A stretch of 63,861 bases of DNA, filler included, from Licmophora abbreviata (taxonomy: Eukaryota): the NCBI GenBank assembly GCA_900291995.1. It is 13 parts of 13 records of this genome, joined end to end, with 100 filler letters (N's around TTAATTAATTAA, not from the genome) between each part and the next. Parts side by side here need not be neighbours in the genome. Positions count along the whole stretch, not along the records: positions 11,215 to 16,470 come from OLMU01002471.1; positions 16,571 to 18,586 come from OLMU01002474.1; positions 18,687 to 21,274 come from OLMU01002475.1; positions 21,375 to 26,832 come from OLMU01002476.1; 9 more parts are not named here. The stretch is one strand, 5' to 3'. The position numbers and the translations under genes are program-made. Below are positions 12,291-23,696 of the stretch, one piece after another (within the stretch, counting starts at the first letter, position 1; each line of letters starts with the position of its first letter). The notes below the pieces were generated by a model, which worked only from the letters and a program-made list of their open reading frames with translations, ran no database searches and had not been told where the DNA came from.

Positions 12291-13783
12291 ATGGCACCAG
12301 TCGCACAGGAGAGGGGCATTGTTGTCCCGAGAGGACCTGATCCTATGAGGGGTCGTCTCGGTAGCGCTCATGACCGTCTATACGAGGCAGAAATGGACGA
12401 CGAAACTCACGCCATTCCCCATGAGGACGAGCCGCTTCAGAAACCAGTAGTGAGGAGAATGTCCATTGAGGATGAACAGAAGCGCCGCGCAAGCATCAAA
12501 GCTATTATGAAGGATCCTAGCATGTCAGAGTCTGAAAGACGCCTTTCCATTCAACTGCTTATGGACGGGAGACGCATGAGTAGCGGAGGCGCCAGCACTT
12601 CGAGCACCGTTCATGGGGATTCAGCAAAAGAGGTTCCCACACAAGTGATCTTTCTCCCCAAGGGACTTCCAGAAGAGAATTCTAATCGAGAGCCAGTCTC
12701 CACCGAGCAGACGAAGCTTGCTGAGAGGACTCGACCGGTGTGCAACCACTATGATCGAAAATGTACTATTATTGCACCATGCTGTGGAGCTGCTTTTGGG
12801 TGTCGTATCTGTCACGACGATTGCCCTATCCTCCCCCCAAAGCAGGTGATCCCAGTAACTAACCGAAGAGCGATGCTCGCAAAGGCCAAAAGTGCATCTC
12901 TACCTAACGTCTTCGACGACATGCAAGCGACGCCAGAGGACAACCATCACATCATTGACCGCTTCGCAATCAAGGAAATCATCTGCCGCGAATGCTACAC
13001 CCGTCAACCGAGCAAAACGTACGTACCACTCGCTGGTTCCATATCTGTATCGTCTTGAGACGTGAAACTTATCGAATACCTGCCTTTTTTCTCGTCAGCA
13101 ACAACTGTCTGTTGTGCGGTGTGGAGTTCGGAGAGTACCATTGTGATATATGTAATCTTTGGATGAGCGACGCGGAAGCGCCGTATCATTGCGACCATTG
13201 TGGATTCTGTCGCGTTGGCGGAGCGGAGAACTATCGCCATTGCCATGATTGTGGAATGTGTATTGACCAGAAGCTATACGAGAACCACAATTGCAAAGCC
13301 GGCAAGTACAAATCCAATTGCCCAATTTGCCAAGAGTATCTCTTTTCGTCCCGAATGCCGAGCCATGAGCTCCCCTGTGGGCATGCCATACATTGGTCGT
13401 GCTTCCGCGACTTAGCTGTACACGATTCGCGGTGTCCTGTCTGCAAGAAAACCGCTGAAACCAAGGAAAGAATGGAGAGTACATGGGTAGCGATGGCTCA
13501 AGCGATCGAGCTTCAGCCAATCCCTCCCGAGCTGGCCCGCGTCGTGAACATCTCCTGCAACGACTGTGAAAAATCCGACGATGCTCGGGCCTGGCACTTC
13601 TTGGGCGTTCAGTGTCGCAGTTGCTCAAGTTTCAACACCGTAGTAGACCGAATCGTTCTTTCAGGTGAAGAAGCTCATGAATTCCTTGAGACCCTTGCCC
13701 AGCGGAGCGAGCTTTTGGACGTTCTGGATTCTAGCCACCCAAGAAGTCGTCGACTTGTATCCAGGCGTCGTTCTCACGTGTAG
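12291..13783 (+). CDS. CHY zinc finger / CTCHY / RING / zinc-ribbon E3 ligase (Pirh2/RCHY1-like)
   Basis: CNHYDRKC...CCGAAFGCRICHD; YHCDICNLW; RING CPICQE...LPCGHAIHWSC...CPVC; CNDC...HFLGVQCRSCSSFNT. Intron 13019-13098. Confidence 0.9.
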
Positions 13784-13875
13784 ATGACAGAGCAGGAGGA
13801 GCAGAAAGTTTCATGATATTATATTGTTCAGGTCTATGGGACAAGTGAGTAAGTCAAACACTACCTAGCATAGCT

Positions 13876-16377
13876 TTATGAGTACAGAAAAGGATTCTCC
13901 GGACTTCCCGTAGAAGCGAAGTAGTCATTGATCGACGTCTGTTGGCCTCGTGATGATGTGCTTCGATTGCGAGAACTAGGAGCGGCAGACATTGGTGGGC
14001 TCTCTATGCTTTCCGTGTCGAAACGAGTTGCGCTGCGCTGTCGTTCGAAGGCGGCGTAGATGCTACTGGCGCCGGCGCGTTTGGTTGATGAAGTGCATGA
14101 TGTAGTCCTTCCGATGGCAGTGCGACCATTCATTCTTGTTGAGATCCAGCCGCCGTTGTTCTGGAACGGCGTACGCACAGGAAGATATGACGTTCCCAAA
14201 GCCAATGCTGAAGGAACATCGTCAATGAAGTCATCCGAACTGACTGTAGTATTCGCGCTAATATGGGTGGCTTTGTTGAGTGATGCCACTTTCGTCGAAG
14301 AGACGGTGTTGCTTGCCGACTCCTCTGCAATGTTGAACTCGTCGAGTAGCGGCGACGATTTGTCTCTGTCTATGGGTGGCTCTTCAAGTGTAACGCGACG
14401 CGCCGAGGAAGCGAAGTACTTGCTTTGACGAGCGGTGGCGTTCTCGTCGCCAGAGTCGAGCTCGTAGAGAAAGTTAGCGCTCTCGACAACTTCCTCCGAA
14501 TGGTGCGATGGAAGAAAGGAAGTGACATGAGTCGAAGGCTCGGCTTCGCCATATACGGTAGAGTCATACCGACAGTCAGGAAGAGCAGATGGCGCTTGGA
14601 CATCATGAAGCGCGCTGTGGACGTCAGGGCCGGGGGTCTCATGGAGTGGGAGACGAGAGAGATCTTCTGTGCCGTTCCGCTGCCGCACTGTCTCGACGAA
14701 CGACGGTCGAGAAGCACCGGTGGCGAAAGTTCGCTTCACAAAACGTACATCTTGACGGCCCTGGAAGTAAACTTCCATTCCATGATTCTTACGTTTCGGT
14801 TGCTGTTCTGCTTGTCCTCGTGCAAACTTGGCGAAGGGATTGCTCGGTTCGTAATTGTCGACACGAAGCGTGTTGGAGTCAATGTTGGCAAGCGGCGATC
14901 GAGTTTGCTGCTTGCGCTTCCTCGACTTGACGTAAGGATTCATGATCTTTGTGATTTCGGAAACTTCGCTCAAACCAGATTCGCCAACGGCATCCTTGGG
15001 ACAACGGCCCGTTGTCGTCGAGGACGACTTGCGCGGGACCACAATCTCAGGAACGGGGGCGCGTTCATCGATAGGAGGAAGAATGGATGCTTCCTTCTGA
15101 GACACACCGACGTTGCCCAGAAAGGCCCAGTCGCCAGCGAAACGTTCCATGCACGGGCGACGATCCGAAACCAGCTGGAGGTCGTCCTCCTCGTTCGGTG
15201 CGGTCGCAAGCGGCGCTGTCAAGGGCATAACTTGACGATCGTCCATCTGGAGCACAGGGTGGTAGTAAAATACCGCCTCGCTTTTAGCCAACGTCTCTTC
15301 ATACTCGATCATATCTTCCTTCCCCCTAGCTTTCTTGGAAAGAGACCCCAGCACGTGACGGAAGCGCTCGCCAGCAGGGCGATGAGCATTGTCACGAATG
15401 AGCTTGAACGCCGTTACCAGTCCGACGCCATTCAAGATACTGGGAGCGTAATCGCATCCAGCAAGCACGCATGATTGTACGAAAAGTCTCGCCCCTGCGC
15501 CAGGATGTCGCGATTCTCGACTAGCGAGGGACCGAAGTATCGAATTAAGAGCGCCTGCGGACGGCGGCTGCGACGTTTGCTGAGAAGAGTTCTTCGGGTC
15601 GGGCGTAAGCAGCCAATCCATGGTAACAACATCGCAGCTACCAGTCTCGCGCTCGAGTTTGAAGAGAATAGGGTACGAACAATGGCAGGAGGCTAAGTAG
15701 ACCACCACGTCGGAATCCTGCAAGAAAAGAACAACAAGGGTTCGAGACGGATGGGAGTTAGACATCATTCAACCGAGCAGCAGACCACAACGGAGACACG
15801 GCGTGCCACGACGCACCTCTGTGATAATAGCATTCGTCACTCCACTCATGCACAGCTTGACCAGCTGAGAATCAGCTTCGTACGGAGAGAAGACGCATTG
15901 AACTCGATCGTCCTTGGCGAAGCGCTTCATTACTGCTTCAGCGACGGCCGTGGCAAAGTGAGACTTGATCTTGATGCATGCCTTGTACTTCTCCTCTGCC
16001 TTGTCGCGACGACCCGCCCGCTTGTACCGTCTCGCGTCTGAAAGATTCTTCTGTCGTCTCTCTTCTCGATCCTGATTTGTCTGCGCTTTGAGAGGACAGC
16101 GCTTCCCGTCCAGCACCAAGTAGATCCGACCGATCTTGGCATGCTGCAGTAGTTCCTGACATCGATTGATGACGTACTTGGACGAAGTCTGGACACAGGA
16201 TGGGTCTATCCGACCGTTACGAAGCTCCATGGCTTCTACATAGCGCTCCGAAACAGAGTAGACGGACTTGTGAAGCCAGGATGAGGCGTCGACTGCGAGT
16301 GATTGTCCCGAGAAATCGCGGATGTGGCGCTTCTCCGTGAACCCTTTCAGTCCCTTCAGCAGGCCGTTGATACCCAT
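13876..16377 (-). CDS. EXO1: Exonuclease 1 (XPG/Rad2 family)
   Basis: MGINGLL, AVDASSWLHK, LVLDG, SPYEADSQL, IITE|DSD across intron 15816-15718, LAGCDY...GVGLVTAFKLI (H3TH), then a long disordered C-terminus. Confidence 0.92.
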
Positions 16378-16470
16378 CGTCGAAGTCTTTCACGCGCCAC
16401 GTTCCGACTGTCCAAAGGCACGGTGTGATAGCGGCGAGAGACGCACTGCAGCGTGCTCCGTCGTCGACCG

Positions 16471-16570
16471 NNNNNNNNNNNNNNNNNNNNNNNNNNNNNN
16501 NNNNNNNNNNNNNNTTAATTAATTAANNNNNNNNNNNNNNNNNNNNNNNNNNNNNNNNNNNNNNNNNNNN
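16471..16570. other. Artificial contig linker
   Basis: 44 N + TTAATTAATTAA + 44 N. Confidence 0.98.
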
Positions 16571-16571
16571 T

Positions 16572-17597
16572 ATGAAAGCTCAGTCGGTCGAGACAGAAAG
16601 AGCAGTGGTTTCCAACTGTCGTCGACCCCTGTGTTCGTCTATTCAGCAACAAACAGATCCCGTGCAGGCTCTGCCATTGAACGAAGACGCGAAGCGGAGT
16701 ACAGAGAGTTTGAGACGATTATCACAACACATCGGTGGCGACATGGAAACGCAGCTGGACTCGCAGGAGGATTGTCAATCGCTAGCTTCCGTCGGTGCTC
16801 AATCGTTACCATGGTCTATGAAGCGTTCATCCAAAATATCATCCAACGACCCATCGCAGGCTCTCCTAGGGACAGAAGATCTTGCCGCTCTGGTTTCAAA
16901 CAAGGAGGCAGCAGACGAAAGAACGGTCATGCCTGCACCTCCACCACGTCTGTCAAAGCGTACCAACGAGTCGTCTCAAGCACTTCTGTCGACGGACTAC
17001 CTCCCAACAGAACGAGATGTCATGCCTGCAAAGTCGCGAACTTCTGCACCTGGAACGTTGCATAGCCCCGGTCGAAAGCGCAAGTTCCCAGCCTCCGACA
17101 CAAACAATCAGACGAGTGCGGCTCGCCTTCCAGAGCGTGGGTGGACGTCCACCGCACTGGCCCGTGACTTCATGAAGAGAGACGTCCAATCATCGACTGC
17201 GAAACAACAGCAAGGCAACAGCGTTGGTCGGCACTCTACCTCCACGTCCACCAAACCTCGCGGTGCTACCATTCGGACTACTGGAGCGTATCGCGACCAT
17301 GCGTTCCCTGACGACGAGCGTATGTTGTCGCTACCGAGATTGGCATCCTCACCGCCAGATGGCGACGAAGACAGCATGCCAAAGTACAAGTACCACGAAG
17401 TCGTTCGGGGTCGCGAAGCCCGTCGCGCCTTGCTCGGGTATACATGTTCCGAATGTGAAAAGCTATGGCAAGCAGTGTCGCATGGGAACGACTTGTTCAA
17501 CCGCGACGACTTCGTTGCATGCTCGAAGCACCGATCCAGATTCATTCCCCAGAACACCCCGGATGACTTTTGGAATCTATCCTTCCCTGACGAATAG
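16572..17597 (+). CDS. CtIP/Sae2/COM1-like DNA end-resection factor (5' part probably lost in the gap)
   Basis: C-terminus YKYHEVVRGREARRALLGYTCSECEK...CSKHRSRFIPQNTPDDFWNLSF matches the SAE2/CtIP C-terminal pattern (VR, CxxC, (R/K)HR, TPxxFW). The preceding region is low-complexity. Confidence 0.85.
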   Translation: MKAQSVETERAVVSNCRRPLCSSIQQQTDPVQALPLNEDAKRSTESLRRLSQHIGGDMETQLDSQEDCQSLASVGAQSLPWSMKRSSKISSNDPSQALLGTEDLAALVSNKEAADERTVMPAPPPRLSKRTNESSQALLSTDYLPTERDVMPAKSRTSAPGTLHSPGRKRKFPASDTNNQTSAARLPERGWTSTALARDFMKRDVQSSTAKQQQGNSVGRHSTSTSTKPRGATIRTTGAYRDHAFPDDERMLSLPRLASSPPDGDEDSMPKYKYHEVVRGREARRALLGYTCSECEKLWQAVSHGNDLFNRDDFVACSKHRSRFIPQNTPDDFWNLSFPDE

Positions 17598-18503
17598 TTT
17601 TCAGCAAAAAGGATAGGACTATGAATGGATTCGTAGTATCTCTTCCTGAGATTTATCGACTCCGCATCGTATACTACGGACGGGTGCCAGGCACCGGTAG
17701 GTACCGTAATGTGGCTCGCAGGTCTTTCGCACGATGCCTTTGTAACTGAATTTCTTGTTGGTGTTTCCTTTGGCCACCCGGCACAGGGATGTCATTTGCC
17801 ACTGTTGGATAGAGCCTTGAGACAAGTACAGCCTTGAAGCGACCCATCACGTTGTTCGCGGGAGTTCCGATGGGACCCGAGATTCACATGTATCGAGCCG
17901 CTTTAGTCGCATTGGAAAAGTGTGGGCTTTAGAGAGGGGGTTTCCTTTTCACCTAGAAGACCTTGTACATGCAATTTTGTGGTGGATGTACCATCGTGGT
18001 ATCTACCGTCTCCATATTTGTGAGCGCGACGCTGGGAAAATAGGAGGGCCGAGACAACTAACGCGCTGTGTCAGGTCATGTAGGAGCTACACCTCAAGCA
18101 GACTTGGGGAATGAAAGTAGTACGATAACTTCCATTGTTCTTCTGTTGATTGTTTGTTGATATCTCATTGTCATCACTCAGTGGCACTAACAGGAGCAAT
18201 TTGGGGTCTTTCAATCTCGGTTTGTCGAACTCGTTGTACTGTAGTATTGTAGCTGTCAGTACATAGCGGCATTGCCATCGCCCATATACTACAGTATGTT
18301 TGATTCTTGGCTGTCAGTGTCGTCTCGTGCGCGACATGTGTCTCATGTCATGATCTTAGATCCCGGCCATCGTCGCTTATCGTCCATGATGCAGATAATC
18401 AAGCGCGCTTTTCGGAGTCATCGCCCCGCGCGCACGCTCATTGCGTCAAAATCGTCTAATCTCGCCTCTAACTCGTCGTCTCATTCTGTGGTCGACGAAG
18501 ACG

Positions 18504-20437
18504 ATGTTGAGCGTCGTCGTTCGTACCCGCTTCCGTTCTGCGGTCGCATATCGACTCGCTCGGACGTCCTGTCGGTCTGTTACTTCNNNNNNNNNNNNNN
18601 NNNNNNNNNNNNNNNNNNNNNNNNNNNNNNTTAATTAATTAANNNNNNNNNNNNNNNNNNNNNNNNNNNNNNNNNNNNNNNNNNNNGTCTAGCAGAAATG
18701 CCTCCGACACTGTCTCCACACAATTTGCTGTGGATCCCAAGATGCAGACCCAAGTTTTGGACAAATGCGAGTCCTTGCACTCCAGTATCATGCCGCTGAA
18801 CGACACCGTGAGTCTCTCTATAAGAAAAGAGTGTAATTTGGAATTCAGGGTACCGTCAGCGACGATAAAGTCCCACAACGACACGATTCTCACAGACCAC
18901 TTTTACTCACTTTCGTTCTTCTGTTCGACCGTACACGCGCGCACATGCTCACAGCTCCGTGGTCCACTGGCAAAACACTCGGACAAGGGAACGGCACTAC
19001 CCTTTGTATTGCTGGTCGGGAACCACAGTAGCGGCAAGAGCAGTTTTATAAATTATGTTTTGGGACGCAACGTGCAGACCGCCGGGGTCGCTCCGACCGA
19101 CGACGCCTTTACCGTCATCGCACCCGGTCCGAAAGATACTGATCAAGATGGGCCAGCCCTTATTGGCGATCCGGACATGGGATTTTCTGGGTTGCGGCAA
19201 TTTGGACCCACATTGATCCATCACACTCAGCTGAAAGTAAGACAAGACATTCACACGCACAACTTCATGTTGGTGGACTCGCCAGGAATGATTGACTCGC
19301 CTGCGAGTAGTATGAGTGCAATGAAGAACGAGAGGGACGACATTATGGATCGCGGATATGACTTTTCGGGGGTTGTCAAGTGGTTTGCGGAACGAGCCGA
19401 TGTTGTATTGTTGTTTTTCGATCCTGACAAGCCGGGGACGACAGGAGAGACTCTGAACATTCTGTTGCATTCACTGGGCGGGATGGATCACAAGCTACTC
19501 ATTGTGCTCAACAAGGCGGATCAATTCAAGAAGGTGAGATGATGGAATCGAAACTACATTGTTACTGCTATGGCCTGATTTCAATCTCTAACCATCCAGA
19601 GGTGCCTTTGGCTTGGTTCGTTCCATTGCCACCATCACTCTACAGATTCACGACTTTGCTCGGGCTTACGGCTCCCTCTGTTGGAACCTATCCAAGGTGA
19701 TTCCACGTAAGGATTTGCCGCGTATCTTTACCATGTGTTTGCCTGTGAAGGATGCTGCTTCTGAGCCACCACAGCTCGACAAGGGTGGCCTCGCCGACTT
19801 GCACCAGACCCGACACGATGTAGTGAACGAGGTCATGAAGGCGCCGAAGCGACGTATTGACAATGTCATTACGCACTTGAACGACTCGGTGCATCTCTTG
19901 CTGATGCACGCCAGAATTGTAGAAGGGACACGGGCGTTGTATTCGAAACGCAAGTGGGATCAACGGATTCAAGAGGGGAGTGCATTGGTATTGGGAGTGG
20001 GTGTGAGTAGTCTGAGCGTATATGCATCGTTGCCCGTGGAAGTGACGAGTGCGTCCGTTGTGGCGACCATACTGGGCGTGGGAGGTATGACTTGGTTTCA
20101 TTCGAGTCAGTTGCAAGCATACGAGCAGGATTTGGTGCAGCCGTCGCAGCTGTCGGCGAGCTTTCAACGTACGCATGCGCGGGAAGTGAGCGACGCGGAC
20201 GAGTACATTGAGAGTGTGTGGCAACGAATTCGAGACCCGCTTCACTTGTCACTGGAAACAATGGGACTATCCAATGTGCCGTCGGTATCCAAGAAGGAGC
20301 TGGACGAGCTGCAGTCGATCTTGGACGAGGAAATCCCGCGGTTACGACAAGTTGCATCGCCGACACACTTTGGAACGACGAGGCGTGATATGGAACATGA
20401 CGACGACGACGACGACAAGATGCCGCCAGCGGCGTAG
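18504..20437 (+). CDS. Dynamin-superfamily / EHD-like P-loop GTPase with C-terminal TM hairpin and putative mitochondrial presequence; spans gap
   Basis: G1 GNHSSGKS, G2 APTDD, G3 DSPG, G4 NKAD. Introns 18808-18954 and 19534-19645. Two hydrophobic segments near the C-terminus. The left-of-gap start MLSVVVRTRFRSAVAYRLARTSCRS joins in frame if the flanks are abutted. Confidence 0.85.
18587..18686. other. Artificial contig linker
   Basis: 44 N + TTAATTAATTAA + 44 N. Confidence 0.98.
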
Positions 20438-20601
20438 AACAGTACCATCGATACGATCTATAGAGTGAACGTTGATTGTTCATGTGCTAGCCGACAGATT
20501 TGTTGCGACGTTCGTGTCGCCCTTCCAATATCCTGACACACACACACCCACACATCTTCGCCTCGACCCTCAGTCGTTCTGTTGTCTGTTGCATCAACAC
20601 A

Positions 20602-20903
20602 TCAACACCCTCCTCCTCTCAACTGCAAGACCATATGAATAGTAGCCCCCGCGGCAATGTTGTAGGATTCCAGAGTCTTATCGTCGCTAAGTTGCTTCCC
20701 CGAATGAATCAATCGAATTTGATCGACTTGAATGCCCTCCTTCTCCTGCAAGGCCTGCTTGACGGCGAGTACCTGATTTTCGGGCTCAAAGTTGAAGGCC
20801 TGTTTGCGACCCGTCAAGGTCTTGATGAAAATCTAAAGTATAGCAAAAGTCGCATTGCGAGAGAAGAACAGCCATGAGTGAAGCAATAAGAACGAGGCAC
20901 CAT
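20602..20903 (-). CDS. NEDD8: NEDD8/RUB1-like ubiquitin-like modifier
   Basis: IFIKTLTG...EKEGI...[10 protein letters not shown]...[16 protein letters not shown] and SGKQ are NEDD8-like rather than ubiquitin. The exon starts after a TAG acceptor near 20833; the first exon is probably the ATG at 20903 (uncertain). Confidence 0.8.
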
Positions 20904-21274
20904 GACGCTTAGAACGCCAAAGACTGCGATTTGTAGATAGCTATATCATACTGCAATTTCCTTAGAAATCCACGTGAATCATCAGCCGGTGCGGTGCGCG
21001 TTGGAGGGAAGCTCTTTTGAATGCTGGAACTGGACGTTCTCCTTTCTTTCTCGACACGGTTAACACTTTTCTTTGATAAATCACACATAAAGGTACCACC
21101 ACGCACCCACCTGCATGATGTTCTAGTCTCGAAAATGCACTCGTCTTTAGCAACACACACAGACGTGCCTTGTTTGTGCCTTGGTCGCATGTTGCGACAA
21201 ATGCGTGAGCGTCGATGAGTCGAGTCGAGTGAGTCGGGGTGCCCGCTTTGTTCCAAGCCACAAAACATGGCGGC

Positions 21275-21374
21275 NNNNNNNNNNNNNNNNNNNNNNNNNN
21301 NNNNNNNNNNNNNNNNNNTTAATTAATTAANNNNNNNNNNNNNNNNNNNNNNNNNNNNNNNNNNNNNNNNNNNN
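21275..21374. other. Artificial contig linker
   Basis: 44 N + TTAATTAATTAA + 44 N. Confidence 0.98.
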
Positions 21375-22394
21375 CTATCCCCGCGTCAACAACGAACTCA
21401 AAATATACGACAAGCTCTGTCCAAACTCAAGGCAAGTAAGAGTTCCAACGACTCCGTCTCTCAGAAAACAAACAACGACAAGCTTCAACGCAAGACATTC
21501 AAGAAACGGAAAAGAGCAGGCGATACATCTCTCCTTCGTGCCGATCGTGTCTTGTCGAATCGAGGGTGGGCTACGAGAAGTGCCTGTACGATATTGCTCA
21601 AACAGAAGCGTGTGACCATGTATCAGGTGCAAAAAGAAGAATGGGTACTGGTCAAGGGACCGTCGGATCGCATTCCCTTGTCGTGTGCGCTGCGGGTCGA
21701 TCACAAACACGACGTACCGTTGATTCCGCTTCTACTTGCACTGCACAAACCCAAGTGGGTACTGTCCGTCATGAGTGATCCGAAAGAACGACCATGTATC
21801 AAAGGACTCCTTCCCTCCATTTACGTGCAGCAAAACTTGCACCCCGTCGGACGCTTGGACTATGACACTTCAGGACTGCTGCTCTTTAGTTCCAGTGGAC
21901 AATTGACACAGAGACTGCTGCATCCTTCGCACCATATTGAAAAAGAGTATGTGGCGACGGTAGAAGGACGCGTGGACTTTGAAGTCTTGCAACAGAAACT
22001 GAGAGATGGTGTCGAAACATCTGAAGGAACGCACACAGCGCAACTGCTGAACGTGGAGGTTGTGGACGATGTCGACTCAGTACGTGACATCTACCAGACG
22101 GTGCGTCAGAACTTGCCTTCGGAATACAACGTGACAGACTTGGAAGTACGAGGCTTCCTCGCGGAAGAAGGCAAGGAAAATATGACGCTGTCGAGAGTAA
22201 GACTGGTCGTATCGGAAGGCAAGCATCGCATGGTACGGCGAATGCTCGCCAACTGCGGACATGGCGTCGTGGAACTGCAGCGACAGCGACAGGGCAGTAT
22301 AACACTGGACGACTTGCCGGAAGGAGAGATACGAGCATTGACCGAAGAAGAAGAGACATGGGCGACTGAAGTACTGAATACGTCAAAAAAGTAA
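21375..22394 (+). CDS. Pseudouridine synthase, RsuA/RluB/E/F family (5' truncated by gap)
   Basis: Frame open from the gap edge. S4-like RADRVLSNRG, LHKPKW, catalytic VGRLDYDTSGLLL, KEYVA, EGKHRMVRRM. Confidence 0.9.
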   Translation, partial: LSPRQQRTQNIRQALSKLKASKSSNDSVSQKTNNDKLQRKTFKKRKRAGDTSLLRADRVLSNRGWATRSACTILLKQKRVTMYQVQKEEWVLVKGPSDRIPLSCALRVDHKHDVPLIPLLLALHKPKWVLSVMSDPKERPCIKGLLPSIYVQQNLHPVGRLDYDTSGLLLFSSSGQLTQRLLHPSHHIEKEYVATVEGRVDFEVLQQKLRDGVETSEGTHTAQLLNVEVVDDVDSVRDIYQTVRQNLPSEYNVTDLEVRGFLAEEGKENMTLSRVRLVVSEGKHRMVRRMLANCGHGVVELQRQRQGSITLDDLPEGEIRALTEEEETWATEVLNTSKK

Positions 22395-22403
22395 TGTAGC
22401 ATG

Positions 22404-23317
22404 TTATCTCCGATCTTTTTCTTCTCGTGGATCGATTTCCATGCTGCCTCGTCGAATAAAGATATCGCGTACTCCCTCTAATCTGGGTCCCGTCATGCGT
22501 ACGATTCGCATATCAGCATCCAAGTATGTCGTATCAGCCGCATGCTCACTCCCATCAAAGAGTTCCTTGGGCATGGCCCGATGAAGATACCCTACCAAGG
22601 CAGGCACATCCTTTGGTACGGTCGAACCACGAGCTGGTTCGAGAATGTGGTGGGGTTCGCTGAGTACCATGCGTGCACCCTGATTGATTTCATACCCTGT
22701 TCGAATGGTGAACGTTCCCGTCGCATCAAACTGAGCACTGGTCGGATTCTCCGTTCCTTCTTCTTCCTTTGATTGGTTGTCTTGAGCCAGATCCCAGAGT
22801 GCCACCGTGGTGGCGTTGCCTTGAAAGTTGTTGGGTTCAATTCGCTGAATCAACTCGCGCATCCGAAAATTGCGTCGCGGCGGACCGGCACTGACGAGAT
22901 TGGTACTGAACAACAACTGCCACTCGCCAGCCATGGCGAGATTGAGAAATCCAAGTGTCTGAGGCGGAATGTGAGAATCTTCCAATGTATTGACATACTG
23001 TTCGACCAAGCGAAAGTCATCCTCCGTTCCCATCATGCGGGGTAGCAAGTCCAGTAACTTTTCTTTGGCTGCAAGGGGCGACAGAGACTCCTTTCTTCTG
23101 CAGGCGCATCGACGACGCCAAATCCTTGAGGCCGTTTTCCTGTCGAGGAGGATGAGGAGGAGCATATAATGCGTGTCTTTCGTCGCGACGCCGATAAGAA
23201 AGAAGAAGCAATCGTGGGATGAATCGAAAAGGATAATACGCTCTGCCAAGAGATTGCCAAAAAGAACGAAAGCGTAACGACGACAGAAGGGACTACTGAT
23301 CTGTTGTAGCAAGTCAT
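22404..23317 (-). CDS. PAP/fibrillin-like plastid protein with an apparent 1-nt frameshift near 23093
   Basis: The signal plus transit peptide (MTCYNR...VLS-FSI) lies in ORF 23033..23317. The fibrillin-like core (KEKLLDLL, GEWQLLFST, TTYLDADMRIVR) lies in a different frame, ORF 22404..23342. Confidence 0.7.
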
Positions 23318-23696
23318 AATGATTATGATGATGATTGCTCAAGAAATGGTGTTCCTAATATGTACTCGCCTTTTTCATCGGAGCGACGACGGCGTCGTCA
23401 TGGTGGGTGCGGCTTTGATGTGTGTGTGTCCGGATCGAATTCACGTCAGAATTTTGGTGGCTGAGATGCAACTGACGTATGTCGAATGGAATCTGGAATA
23501 TTGTTCTTCGTACCAGGTACCTTTTCTGTCATGAAGCTCAAATTCTCAAATTCATAAATTCCGACGGCTGTGGATGCTGGATGGTTGCGACGACCATGGC
23601 GAAAAAGCGGAGCGATCGTTGTACAAACACTACTAGGAGACCTCCTTGATACGGTTCCATTGTACCCATCTGCGTGTCTAGTCTTTACCAGATTCC

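Noticed and set aside
14425..15474. 349-aa plus-strand ORF
   Set aside because: Antisense shadow of EXO1 with no motifs. The same applies to other long antisense ORFs, such as 5128..5868 and 49939..50637.
17600..18480. Short ORFs in the ~0.9-kb intergenic stretch
   Set aside because: No motifs, no consistent splice model and no evident structure.
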